A stretch of DNA of 62,780 nt, the filler included, from Rhabdomonas costata (taxonomy: Eukaryota), in NCBI GenBank assembly GCA_019059605.1. It is 39 parts of 39 records of this genome, joined end to end, with 100 filler letters (N's around TTAATTAATTAA, not from the genome) between each part and the next. Parts side by side here need not be neighbours in the genome. Positions count along the whole stretch, not along the records: positions 37,093 to 38,605 come from JAHMHO010014120.1; positions 38,706 to 40,215 come from JAHMHO010014121.1; positions 40,316 to 41,827 come from JAHMHO010014122.1; positions 41,928 to 43,439 come from JAHMHO010014123.1; positions 43,540 to 45,051 come from JAHMHO010014124.1; positions 45,152 to 46,663 come from JAHMHO010014125.1; positions 46,764 to 48,275 come from JAHMHO010014126.1; positions 48,376 to 49,888 come from JAHMHO010014127.1; 31 more parts are not named here. One strand, written 5' to 3'. The notes under the pieces were generated by a model that saw only the letters and a list, made by a program, of their open reading frames with translations, was not told the origin of the DNA and did no database searches. How positions within the stretch are numbered: the stretch's first letter is position 1; each line of letters opens with the position of its first letter. A program made the translations under genes and the position numbers. Below are positions 37,140 through 49,301 of this stretch, piece by piece.

Positions 37140-39497
37140 GAAAAAAAGCACCTGCGGAAGAAAACCACACAGTAAAGAACGCATTTGCCCAGGCCACTGG
37201 GAAAGGCCGCTCCCGGCCACTGGGAAGTGGGGAAGTGGCACGCGTGTGTGGGAAAGGGGACATATGCGTGGCTGACACAGCAGCCTACTGACGGCTAGGG
37301 CCAGTCGGTTTCCGAAGTTTACACTGCAGGATCCTTGAAAATTTATAGAGAATCCCAAGTGGTTAGCAGGCTCGCAGATCATTGGGTGCTGGTCCAAAAA
37401 TCAGGTCAGATTCCAGTTTTGGACGCCCAAAGGTCAGGAAGATTATCGAAGTTTGTTGTGTGGTTTTCCAAAAATGTCCCTTCATTCTTTAAATGAACGT
37501 GCGATGCGCACCAAAGCAAAGAGGATTATGGACGCAAAGCAAAGGCGTGGTCCCCAAAAGAGTCCTGATGATTACCCCACCTTACAACAATGCACTGTTA
37601 TGCAAAACCTCCCTTGCCTTTTCCCTTGTGTCTCATTGGCTGCACTGACTTTGGACAACCTGTCGCCAAGGGGTGCGAAACCCATTCCCTGGAACGTTGC
37701 CTCTGGGATACCCCGTCGTCTAACGTGATGCGCGTGATTCAGCAGTCGAGAAAGACATTATCTACGCCCTAGTACATCACCCTCCAGCAAATTCGGAAGC
37801 GACGCAGGCACAATTCCACCGCAGTCCTCTGGACCTCATGAACCAACTTGGCGTACGCGCCAAATTGGAAGCACAGCACAGGCCAAAAGATAGCATTCCT
37901 AAGCAGAACTACCGTCGAGTTTGGATGAGAGAATTTGCTTGACAGTGGGTTTGGACGGCCATAACGGCATGCACTTGCGGGGGGGGGGATCTTTGAATTG
38001 GGCTGTTGCAGTGTATCAAGGAGCGCGGACTACCGTGATCCTTCTTATTCCTCGCTGGTTGTGTGTGTCCTCGGACACCATCCTCGGAGTGCGGAGCTCC
38101 CAGCGGTTGGAGGCTGAGGCCCCTATCCCCGTTTTATTTCATGGACTCCAGCAGAGTTGCTCCCAGGAAATCGCCCTCTCTGGTAGTGCTCATCCACGAC
38201 TTTGGCAGAGCCAGTTGTTGCGGAACTGGGAACTGGGATATTTCCATTTCACAGTTGTACCAAATTTCGGGATTCCATGCCAGACAATCAAATTCCTTGG
38301 CACATCAGCCTTGTGTGCATTCGCGCCCCAGAAGGTGCCACTTTTCATGATTTATGATTTTATTGTTGAAATTAAAGAATATAACAATGCTCCGTGACAC
38401 TAGATCAGGGCGGGAAGGCACTTGCAAACAAGGCGTACCAAGCCCAGCTGACAAGCTGGGACAGGCGCTGTCCGCGGTAACACGACCCGACAATGACAGA
38501 TGTGGCCCCCTTTGGGCAGGGGCACCTTTTCTCTGGAAGCGCATTCTCGAAATGGGCGCGACAATACCAAAAACATGCGCATGGTTTCACCTGCTCACAC
38601 CCCCCNNNNNNNNNNNNNNNNNNNNNNNNNNNNNNNNNNNNNNNNNNNNTTAATTAATTAANNNNNNNNNNNNNNNNNNNNNNNNNNNNNNNNNNNNNNN
38701 NNNNNTGTGTGTGGTGGGCTGCGAGTGGGGCCCGAGGGTCCGCGTCGGCGCTGTCCCGCATCTCCTCCCTCGTGACTGGCTCCGGAGGGCCCTCCACCAC
38801 TCGGCCGCGGTGCCAGCGCCCTTTCCTTGTTTTTGCCTGCTTTGGTTCTGTGTGTTTGGAAGAGAATCAAACTTTTTTAGCGGAGCCGCAGGGGGGAGCT
38901 TGCTTTCTCGGGCAAGGGTTGGGGTCATCCGCTTTTTTTTAGATTGGTGGTTACTCTCGAGTTTCCACTCGAACGCAAGTGAGAACAATAAGCAACAAAA
39001 GGGGACGTCGTCAGTCAAAACACAAAACTGCTCATGACAACAGCAGCAACCTTTGTCATGAACAAGGGGCTTCTGTCCTCTCTCCACCTACAAGGCATTT
39101 ACAAGCACGCCCTCTGTTCCTTGAGGATTCATGAAAACATCTCGGAACGCGGCACGCTGTTTTGACGGGGGTCAGATCCACTCGCTCGTTGCTGCCGTTT
39201 GGATGAGTTGAATAAACAGCAGTGAAGGGGTGCCAATTTGTGGAGGTGAAAACGATCATGATTATGCGCTGTTGCACTCTTACCATCTTGCGGTGCAGAG
39301 GCTGTTGTCTCTGTGGACAGAATGGCGTGCGCGCAAGGGAAGACGGGGCATGTATGCATACCTAATCCCCATCCTACAGAATTACTGCTTCCAGGGGTGA
39401 GTGGTCGTCGAAGGGTTGCAGAGGAGCCAGGAGGAGGCGAAGACCCCATAAGATGGTGTCACAGCAAGGCGCCTCCTCCTGTATGTGTTGTATTCAG

Positions 39498-39636
39498 AGG
39501 TGGGACGCCAGCCCTTTCGATGCGCTCGTCGGAGGCTCAGCTGCTGTCCTACCTGCGCGGCCAGGGCACCCGCACGGCCCACCGCCTGCACAATGCACTG
39601 ACGGGGATCCGGCCCTTCCGGGAGACAGTGCTATAA
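39498..39636 (+). CDS. probable terminal exon, hypothetical
   Basis: TTCAG acceptor, then GGTPALSMRSSEAQLLSYLRGQGTRTAHRLHNALTGIRPFRETVL* with GC3 bias. Confidence 0.4.
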
Positions 39637-42166
39637 AGGAAGGAAATGGTGCAGATGGGAGGGGGTGCGGCCACTCATCAAGGATGATTGTTGGTGAAGC
39701 GCTGGCCACCGGTTGAGAGGTATTGGGTCTTCTTAGAGAACAATCCTTCGGAACCCCAGCGTTCTGTGCCTTGTTGAAATGTGCATATCGGTGTACTTGG
39801 AGCTCCCTTCCTAAAGAGTTTTGGGGGAGGGGCGCCCATGGGCTTGCACCACCTTCCAGCGAAAGTTGTTGGGGGGGAGAGCTGAGGGGGACGGATGCCT
39901 CCGAGATCCCTTGAATCTGATGGGGAAGAGTCCTCAACCTCGCCCGTGTTAGACATTAAAAGAGCTGAGAAAGCCAAACTGCTCTAACTCACGTACGAGA
40001 GTGTTAGTGGGAAGGTTCCCTTCTCCTTCCCCCTCCCTCCCAATATCTCTGTCCTTTGCCAGTTTCTGTCCATTCCTTGCGTGCCGTTTCACTGTCCCGC
40101 ACTTTCCTAATCCTTTTCCTTTTTTTCTTTGGATTTTATTTTCCATTCATTCTGCGTGCCGGTGTATGTACCGTTGTGTGTGTGTGGATGCCTCGAACAT
40201 TTCCCCTGTGCGTGTNNNNNNNNNNNNNNNNNNNNNNNNNNNNNNNNNNNNNNNNNNNNTTAATTAATTAANNNNNNNNNNNNNNNNNNNNNNNNNNNNN
40301 NNNNNNNNNNNNNNNCCACCCCCCGAAGGTTTGATAGCAATCCCACCGAGCGTTGTTGGGGTGATAGCATTTGCAATTGTTGTCAGTTGCTATCCAACCT
40401 TCGGGGGGTGGGGGGCTGTAACGGATTAACCGGAAATATAATCCATACCATAAACAATGATAACCAACATAAAGCGGACTTATTTGATTTATTGTTCAAT
40501 TTTCGGAGCGTATTTTGGTGCAGTGCAACGCAACGCTCTATCGAACAGCAAAAGTTTTGCAATACTCACGCGGGTCAAGTTTCCCAAGAAAGAAATACAG
40601 GATGTCCGGGTGGATAGCGCGGGTTCGTGCAATAAGGAGCGCAATACTACGCTCGCCTGGCTGTTCCCAGAGAAGAACGAATCTGAATAGAACCCTGAGC
40701 GGGCTGCGCCACCACCACCCAACAGGAATTGCTGCAGGAGCTCCTGGGCTTGCGCCAGCATCGCCTCTGGTGGGGGAAAAGGCTCTGCGGGATGCGGAGG
40801 CACCTCCGAGGCGGCGGAGGGCTGCTCTGCAGCGGCGAGACCAACGCCCGCTCCGCAGAGACCGCCGGCAGTCGCAAAGGCTGGGGCCCCAGTGGACTTC
40901 GTGGGAACAGAAGGGGAAGCATCGCGAGGGGCTGGGGCAGGCTGAACATCCCCGCCAACGTTACCGCGCTGGTGGATTCTGTGGAAAAAGCGGACAGCCC
41001 ACTTCTGGATGGTCCGCAGGCATTTTCGTTCTTTGTGCTCTCAAGTTTTCCAAAAAAAAACGTCAAACTGTGCACTGTGTGTGCACTTGCCGGGCTGGCA
41101 CTGCACTGTGCTGACTTCCCCTTTTCTTTCCCGTTTTCCCCTTCTCCCATTTCTTCGCGCACAAGTACCAAAATATACAAATTTATACACTATCCCAGTC
41201 AAACCAAAAGCTGACTCCTGCTGCCGCAGTACGGTTACTTTTTGTGGAAAAAAAAACAGTAAGAAAATCTCCCCTCTCGGACACATAGGAGACAGAAGGG
41301 AGAAGGGCGTGGGGTGCAGAAACACCTCCCGGGAGACTGGAGAGCAGCAGACCGACCCAAGCAAAGGGGACGGGGGTGGTTTTGATGGCAACACAATGCC
41401 ATTAAATATATTTGTCCGGAATCCAACATGGGTCCAGAATGCACACACGCTGGAGCAATGACCGCGACATTGCCATCGAAGTGGTAAAAAAGGAGTTGAG
41501 CGTCGGCTGTGCCGTTGTTTTTCTGCGCCTCCCAGCCACTTTTCATATTTCCAACTCTAATTCCCAGAATGGGAAGAGACACGGCCGAAGCAGGCCCGGC
41601 TCTTTTCTATGTACAGTGGGCCTCCCGAAACGCTGCGTGGCTGGTCGTTGCACCCTCTGACCGGTATCCATTCGCGCCCCTTGGCTCTTCATTTTTTATC
41701 TAGTGCCACTTCTTGCCCCAGCGTAGTGGAGGGTTTGTCAACAGCACCCACAACGTAGGTACAAAAACCCACCCCGCGAAAGGGGGCCCAGGCAAATGGC
41801 TCAACGTCGCCTGCTGCCCACCACACANNNNNNNNNNNNNNNNNNNNNNNNNNNNNNNNNNNNNNNNNNNNTTAATTAATTAANNNNNNNNNNNNNNNNN
41901 NNNNNNNNNNNNNNNNNNNNNNNNNNNTTTGTTTGGGGGTGGTTTGGGATTGCATTGCATTCTGATGCCTGGAATTTCATTTGGAAGTGATTGTGAAGCT
42001 GAACTGCCGCCAGTCCTCTAAGCAAAGCCGATTTGTTCAGACCATCCACAAGGTTCAGACAAAGTCCAGGACTATGTTGCGTCGGCTCAGTGTGTGTTTT
42101 GCGAAGCCAGTACTTTCGATGCAGCGTACGTTGTGCGTCTTCCTGTTGTTTCCTTCCCTCCCTCAG

Positions 42167-42942
42167 GAATCCGTCTTCAAGATCACTCCGGAGACTTTTT
42201 TTGAGCTCATCGAACGAAAAGCCAGGTGTGCGGCAGAATCTTATCTTTGGGTTTGCATCGCAGTTGACTCCTAATGGCAGCAGTTCCTCAGCTTTCCTGG
42301 GACTGTTCTTGCCAACGAGCTCTATGAGGTCAGGGAATTGTTGGTAATTCCTTTCACATGGCTGACAACCGAATTGACTTATTAAACGGCGCCAAAGGTC
42401 ACATTGCACATCACAAAGTGTTTTCCGGAAACAACGAGTGCCACGCGAAATACAAATGCAAGCCCGGCAGATCCACATGACTTACAATCCTTCCAAACAA
42501 TGCTTAGATTCTCAATCATATTTCGGTTCCATCTTCCCTCCCGCTGTCAAAATCAGTTGCCAGGGAAAGCGCCAAATCTGCTCTGTGCTCAGTTTCTGGC
42601 CAATTGTGTGATGATTAAACAGCAACAACAAAAAGCATGCCACCTTGTAGCAATACTGCAACCCACCAGGGACACTTTGGAGCAGCTGGGTGGTGTCTCC
42701 GGGGTCGCGGCGTCGCTCCAAACGGACCTGCGCGAGGGCCTGACCCAGGTCAGCCCAGCCCGGGTGGAGTTTTACGGGGCCAATCTCCTCCCCGACCCCG
42801 AGCCGGTCACCCTGCTGGGACTGATTATCGACGCCCTGGGGGACCTGATGATCCGCCTGTTGATCGTCGCGGCTTGCCTCTCCATTGTCTTTGGGATGAC
42901 CCTGGCCGATCCCAAGACGGGGGTCGTGGATCGAGAGACCGG
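42167..42942 (+). CDS. PMCA: P2B-type (PMCA-like) Ca2+-transporting ATPase, N-terminal exons (42167-42225, 42670-42942)
   Basis: FKITPETFFELIERKAR|DTLEQLGGVSGVAASLQTDLREGL...FYGANLLP...DALGDLMIRLLIVAACLSIVFG...DRETG covers Cation_ATPase_N plus TM1. Phase-2 GT-AG intron. Confidence 0.93.
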
Positions 42943-43565
42943 GTATGCGCTGGTCCTCTGCTGTTTGCATCCTACGCTGGCCCCATTGCTTTACCGATTT
43001 CAGAGCAGGCAGCACTGTGCGGGGGGGGGGGCAGTTGGACAGAGGAAGTCCAAGAAATTGACTGTCTGTAGGTGCTTGGGTCAGGCACATGTAAGGCTGA
43101 TCCTTCTCCAAGAAATGAAAGGGGCGGGAGGGAGCTCTTCCCTCGCACCTTTGACAGTTTTCGTAACGAGCGTCCGCACCGTAGCACAGCTGCAAGAACG
43201 TCAAAAGACCGTGGTCTGAGTTGGTATCGTTTTTTCTGGTTGCGTTCAGGCGTGGTGGAGAGAGTATGTACACAAAAACGCGATGAGGGTGGGGCAGAAT
43301 TGATTGGTTCATCACAGGATAGATTCGAGCGTGTGTCCGTGATTAGCTGTAATAAATGCAGTCGGCTTGGCTTGTATGTCGACTCTGCTGACCCATTTGG
43401 GCTGCAGATGGATTCAGGGCACTGCCATCCCCCCCACACNNNNNNNNNNNNNNNNNNNNNNNNNNNNNNNNNNNNNNNNNNNNTTAATTAATTAANNNNN
43501 NNNNNNNNNNNNNNNNNNNNNNNNNNNNNNNNNNNNNNNTTGTTGGGGTGTGGACGCTTTCCCAG

Positions 43566-43703
43566 GTGCATGCGGTGACCTCTGCCATTGTCAAGCTGGA
43601 CGCTGGCCATCCTTCCAGAACCGCAGCTTGGGTCGTCCTTGTGATGGGACTGATCCTCGTCCCCGTGCTGACCATTCTCACAGCGGTCTTTGGGTTGTCA
43701 TGA
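43566..43703 (+). CDS. terminal exon encoding a C-terminal transmembrane anchor
   Basis: CCCAG acceptor, then VHAVTSAIVKLDAGHPSRTAAWVVLVMGLILVPVLTILTAVFGLS*. Confidence 0.55.
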   Translation: MHAVTSAIVKLDAGHPSRTAAWVVLVMGLILVPVLTILTAVFGLS

Positions 43704-43795
43704 TAGCCCCTCTTTGTAGCTGGGCAGCGCCCTCGGATGCCAGAATTGTGTTTTCCTCTTGGGTTGAGCTTTGAGCGATATTGGTCAATTTCGCT

Positions 43796-43817
43796 CTTCT
43801 TCTTCTTCTTCTTCTTC
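43796..43817 (+). repeat. (CTT)n microsatellite
   Basis: Seen directly. Confidence 0.85.
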
Positions 43818-45719
43818 TCTTTTTTCTTGCATTCTTTCAAGAAATGCTGCATGGTTTTGATGGAGGATGCCCTCGTGCCATGCGTGCAAGTGCTTGTCAT
43901 GGGTGCTTTTGTAAAATGCTCGAACGGAATCTTACATCTCCGACGTTTTTAAAGAGCCCTCTCTTCTTTCCTGCGACGCACAAGTGAGGTCGGTGATGGG
44001 GTGATTCATAATGAAATAACTTCCCATTCCCCTGTTACTCCGGGAGTGAACTCGCTTTTGCCCCCATCGAGAGCAAATCCGGACTGACAAGAACGATCAC
44101 ATTTTGATCCAGAAAAGCGGATTCGAAGGATTTGGGAATATTTTGATTTTTGATTAATTTTGCCCCTACTTGCCCACTGGGTTAGCTGCAATGAGGCGCA
44201 GGCAGGTTTCCATTTGTAGTTTCTTCCGAGTTGCCCCTACTTTTCCATGCATATGCAGTGAGGTTTTTGTGATTGGCCTAAAGCCCGTGTACAGTCTTTG
44301 TTACCGTGGAATCGGTGAACCATGCGTTTCCAAACAACAATCAAACTTCTGCATTGCTTTCGGAAAGCGAGCTTTCATCACTTCGACTCCCGTCCCCACC
44401 CCCCTCCTTCAGAAAGAGCACAAAAAGAAGTAAATCACAGAATGTCTGTTCAGCCGCTCCTTGGGTTTTCCTCTGGGCTGAAACGCGTGATGTGCTCGCT
44501 GCGGCAGTCCGGCCGCCAGTTGGCGATGCTAAAAGGCGCGGGGTCGGGGTTCAGGGGGGGTTGTCTCGCCATGGGGCCAACCCGCCGCGATTTCTCCAGG
44601 TAGCGTCTCAAAGCAGCACATGTCCATTTTCTTGCCGTAGCAGCGCCTTTCTGATAAATTCATTTTTAACGCGGTGATCTGCCCATCAAGCCAATGGAGG
44701 CGCGGGGGTCGACTGCGGCCTCCGGAAAGGTTCAAGGTCTTTTTAGGGACCGAGGGCAAAGGTTGTGCCCACGAGTTATGCCTTTCGTGTTCACAGTGGC
44801 CGCAGGTTTGGCAAGAAAACGGCTTCCTCGAAGAAAAAAAAGAAAAATTTCTGAAATCCACGGGTCCGTAGCGAGCCCCGCTACCCCTTGGATAGCACCG
44901 CAGGAAATGACGACGACCCCCCGCAGAACCCAGTCTCTCGGGTGGGTGGGGCGCCAAACTCGGGACCCTCGAGAACAGACTGAACCACTTGGACCAAGAA
45001 GGAGGGGGCTCGCACGAACTGGGACCCGCATACGGAGGCGCTACGCTTGGTNNNNNNNNNNNNNNNNNNNNNNNNNNNNNNNNNNNNNNNNNNNNTTAAT
45101 TAATTAANNNNNNNNNNNNNNNNNNNNNNNNNNNNNNNNNNNNNNNNNNNNGGGGGGGTGGTACGAAACTAAGTTGGGTGCCGAGTTGGGTGGAGTTGGG
45201 TTCAAAAATGCACTCCGGCCGCACTGACCTACGCGGCGCTGCCCATTGCCCCCAAAATGACTCTGGCCCGTTAATCTGTAATCTCCTGGAAACCATTCAT
45301 CGCTCTTCAAGCAAAGCCACCGAAGTCCATCCTCCACACCATCAGAAATACGAGGAAGGGCAGAACGATGCCAAATTCCAAAGACCCGCACCCCATCATT
45401 TAACAACATTAAAACGTTCGTTTACACCACCCCCCTCCACACAAAAATGTGTCACGCGGACATTTAACCCAAGACCAACAGCAACGTTCACCCTTTGGAT
45501 GGAAAGCGAGGGACACAAATCGAAGATCACACTGTAGTTGGGACGCAGTGGACTGGAGAATCCCTTTTGTGCACAGCAGAAATCGTGTTTAATGCGGGTA
45601 TATGACGTTTTTCTGCCAAAACAGCTCAGCTCTGACGCTTCGCTCAGATGAGTGCTGGGCGCTGTCAAGGCATCCTAGGACAATGTGATCAGTGTGCGGG
45701 CACTCTGTGCGGGCAGGAC

Positions 45720-46477
45720 CTTCCATCCCAAGGTTCAAGCACAGCCGCAGCACAGGCTCCGGGTCCAGGTCGGAGGTGACCAGACACATCAGGGAAAGAT
45801 TCTTGACCAGCCCGCAGGACTCCCCCTCTGGGGTGTCCGAGGGGCACAGCATGCCCCAGGTTGACGGCTGTCCCCACCGTCCACAACCAGTTCAAAATGA
45901 ACCCCCATTGCAATCCTCCGACCCCCCTCTACCAACCTCATCCGATGCTTTCCTCAATGCTTTAACAAAAACACGTTGCAATTTTCTAACTTTGTGGCAT
46001 AAGTGATTCTGTGCCCTCTCCAGAACAGCCCAAAGCAATGGAAAGTTCTTGAGAACCTCAATCTAAAAGGAATCGATCAGATGCTGGTCCCGGTCCTATG
46101 AAAGCCCGAAAAATGGTGTTGTTACTCTGCGGCAGGCCAACGCATCTAAAATAAAGGAATGTAGAGGGAACCCCCAAATGACCCCAACATGATCGTGGAT
46201 TTACAACAACAGATCTACTCACAGAAGATGCCGATCATTCAAAACAATACGCTCGCTGCTCCCAAGGAAGATTCGTTGGGGTCCTACCCGGTGACCCTCT
46301 GAGCAGCTTTCGCGTGCTCGCGGAAAAAACCAGAAAAAATGAAGGAAGAGGCAATGCATTTGGGAGATGTCACGCCTGCAAGGTTCGCGGACCGCTGACT
46401 TTCCGGCTCTTCTCGAAGTGACTGTTAAGGCGGGTCAGCATCCCCAGGGTGTCGATTCGTGCCATCCGCTTCAGCAC
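45720..46477 (-). CDS. RPC2: RNA polymerase III second-largest subunit, partial (exons 46477-46376, 45867-45720)
   Basis: [51 protein letters not shown]...NLGME carries the RPC2-specific FEKxRKVSGPRxLQPS motif. Confidence 0.95.
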
Positions 46478-47186
46478 CTGTGGCCCAGCGGAACAAGGAG
46501 TATGGGCACACAGATTGCTACAATATGAAGGTCGGCCGAACTTCACATCCACAACAACGATAAAGAGAACGAAGAAATCAGCAAACCTGTGTCACTCCCA
46601 TCCTGTCGATCTTGAATCTCTGAAGTAGTTAAACGAAGAAAATGAAAATGAGTACACCCCCCCNNNNNNNNNNNNNNNNNNNNNNNNNNNNNNNNNNNNN
46701 NNNNNNNTTAATTAATTAANNNNNNNNNNNNNNNNNNNNNNNNNNNNNNNNNNNNNNNNNNNNTGTTTGTTGTGAAGACAGGATTCGATTATGATCTTTG
46801 GCTTCGATCTTTGGTTGGTAGCATTCACACCTGGGAGGCTCTTGGATGTAGGGAACGCCCAAGCATTTGCTCGTTCGAACGTGGCTCGGGTTCGGTTGTG
46901 ACAATTTTTCCGAAGGCTTTTTGTGTTCTCCGTTACCCGAAAAGAGTGTACGTTGAGCGCGTTTCTTGGTATACAACGCTTCAATTGGCACAAACAGGTT
47001 AAAAGCATTCCTTTATCCTGATCATTGAGTGATTATTTTTTTCTAAGTTCCCTTTTGTTCTGTTCCCGCCGCGCGTGCTCGCGCTTGACTGCGACAGCAG
47101 AGCAACCACAATATAAAAACATTTTCTTCATTGTCACCGTTCTCTGGTGTGCATTTATCAGATTGCCCTTTTTCTTTTGTTTTTGG

Positions 47187-48137
47187 ATGTCCTTGACTCG
47201 TGGCTTGTGTGGCCTTCTTCATGCGTGCCACAGAACCTGCTGCATGTCTTCGCCAACGGTGCCCTCGACGGCGTACCTCCGCCACCCGTTCCTGAGTTCT
47301 TCTCGCCGGTGCGCTCATTCCAGCTTTCGCCGAATGTCGGACAACGAGCTTTCCTCTTCCCTTGCAAAGGCATTGACTTTGTATGGCCTGTCGGCTGATT
47401 CTTCGCTGGAGGACATCAACCAGCGCTACAAAGAGCTCGCCGCGCAGAGCCATCCCGACAAGCCTGGGGGAACCACGGAGAAGTTTTTGGAGGTCCAGCG
47501 AGCTCGGGACTTACTCATGGAGGCCCGGCTGGACCAAACGCTGTTCAGCCTTGCTGAGATGAGCACCGCGCCTCGCGGGCGGCAAGCAAGGGAGCCCTCG
47601 CAGGGAACTGACGATGCAGTGACCGAGTACGTTGCCCCAGAGCCCATTGACTACGCTGAATTGGTGCGAATCGCATGCTTGGTGCTGGGGGTCAAGGAGG
47701 AGGACCGTCTGCAGTATGCGCAGAAGCAGTTTGAAGTCTTTGCCAAGACTCTGGAGCCCGATTTGAGGGACGGCACTTGGCTTCTGGAGGAAACCCGCCA
47801 AAAGTTTATTGACGTTTGCGTCGCGTTTGACGTGCTGACAAATCCAAAGAAGTACAGGGAGGTTTATGAATACCCCACCATGAGCCCGGAGGAAGCCGTG
47901 GAGTTTTGGAAGGCTCACAAAGGGTCCCGGTCGGAAACTCCAGGCATTGCCGCACTCTTTTTTCATCCTGTTTGTTCTCATCTCATCCTATTTTACTTCA
48001 TCCTGTTTGTTTATTATCTGTGCTGTATTTTCCCCCAGTTTAGGTCCACTTTTTTTTGTTTATTTTTGTTGTTTTCAGGTCGCATGCTGAGGGTTGCCGC
48101 CGTTCTCGCTCCGCTCCTGTACTTTATTTACACGTGA
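47187..48137 (+). CDS. J-domain protein with a second degenerate J-like domain, putative mitochondrial presequence and C-terminal TM (exons 47187-47943, 48079-48137)
   Basis: YGLSADSSLEDINQRYKELAAQSHPDKPGGTTEKFLEVQRARDLL is a canonical J domain. VLGV...KQFEVFAKTLEPDL...QKFIDVCVAFDVLTNPKK is a second J-like unit. The N-terminus is Arg/Ser-rich and acid-free. Confidence 0.88.
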   Translation: MSLTRGLCGLLHACHRTCCMSSPTVPSTAYLRHPFLSSSRRCAHSSFRRMSDNELSSSLAKALTLYGLSADSSLEDINQRYKELAAQSHPDKPGGTTEKFLEVQRARDLLMEARLDQTLFSLAEMSTAPRGRQAREPSQGTDDAVTEYVAPEPIDYAELVRIACLVLGVKEEDRLQYAQKQFEVFAKTLEPDLRDGTWLLEETRQKFIDVCVAFDVLTNPKKYREVYEYPTMSPEEAVEFWKAHKGSRSETPGIAALFFHPVCSHLILFYFILFVYYLCCIFPQFRSTFFCLFLLFSGRMLRVAAVLAPLLYFIYT

Positions 48138-48454
48138 CATCGCGAGGACCCACCTCGTTGGTTGCGGATTGGTGCGGTTTACTCGAGATCGAGCAGGCCT
48201 GACATTTCAGAACCAGAACCAAAGGAATACTTTATTTCCGCCCCATATCAAAATAGAAACAAATGACAAAACACCNNNNNNNNNNNNNNNNNNNNNNNNN
48301 NNNNNNNNNNNNNNNNNNNTTAATTAATTAANNNNNNNNNNNNNNNNNNNNNNNNNNNNNNNNNNNNNNNNNNNNGCTGTAGAAGCAGAAGGTGGACAGA
48401 AGGTAGAGGGCATGAGCCCTTAATTCACCCACTTGTTTTCACTTGCTTCCCCAG

Positions 48455-49301
48455 TTTGTGCCGCGGAGGCTGTTGCCAGACGCCCCAGAGGATGAAGAGG
48501 CTGCGGCGCCCCAGGTGCCTACCCCGGAGCCTCGCAAGGCCGCGGCGGTAATTCGGATTTCCGGACCACCGGTCGGTGTGGGAAGCCCTATCTCTGCAGC
48601 AGCCCCCGCGGAACCTGCGGAGGGCGGTGGGGAGGAAGCTGGCATGTTCCCTTCGTTCAGTGGTGCACGTGATTTCGGGAGGTTTTCCTGATGTGGAAAT
48701 GCCCTTAATCGGGGTGCACACTTGCAAACCCTATATGTGAAGGCGGGTCCCGTGCTGTGGTGCTTGCACAGTGCACGCTGCAGTCTGTGAACCTTACTTG
48801 GTTGGGGCTGCAAACCTTATTGTGAGGTGGGCGCAGTCACGTACACAGTCACAACACACGCGCAACTTCTGGTTTGGGTGACTGGTGACACACACACACA
48901 GCGACTTCTTGACTGCATTCCCTCTTGTGATGGTATTTTCCAAAAAAAAAAATTCTTGCATTGTTTCTTGCTAATGATTTGCTGTGGCCTACGTAGTAGT
49001 GTTATTTTCTTATTAAGGGCGAAGTGCTGGCAGTAAGAAAGGCACTTGTGCAAAATATTACAAGCGTGTCGTTCATCAAAGCGCATCTGACATATTTCCT
49101 TGGGACCAGCTATTTCGTTACAGATGCAAGTTTCGAAGAGGTTACCCTTCCATGCTTATATTACAACTGTGTTCCGCAGCTCCAGCGGCTTCTGCTCCAG
49201 GCCAGCCTGTGGTGCAGATCCGGTTCCTTCAAAGGAAGCGAGATCGGCGGACCCAGAAGGCCGAGGAGGACAAGAGGGCCGCCGCACGGGCAATGGAAGA
49301 G
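48455..49301 (+). CDS. hypothetical protein, weakly reminiscent of Pol III subunit RPC5/Sin (exons 48455-~48641, 49180-49301)
   Basis: FVPRRLL, an acidic Ala/Pro linker, then PVVQIRFLQRKRDRRTQKAEED...AMEE. Phase-1 junction; the donor is ambiguous. Confidence 0.5.

Noticed and set aside
37564..37648. Possible C/D box snoRNA (TGATGA...CTGA); similar motif near 30976
   Set aside because: No terminal stem or recognisable rRNA guide; such short motifs are expected by chance.
45720..49301. Clustering of RPC2, the J protein and a possible RPC5 as a functional locus
   Set aside because: They lie on separate contigs; adjacency is arbitrary.
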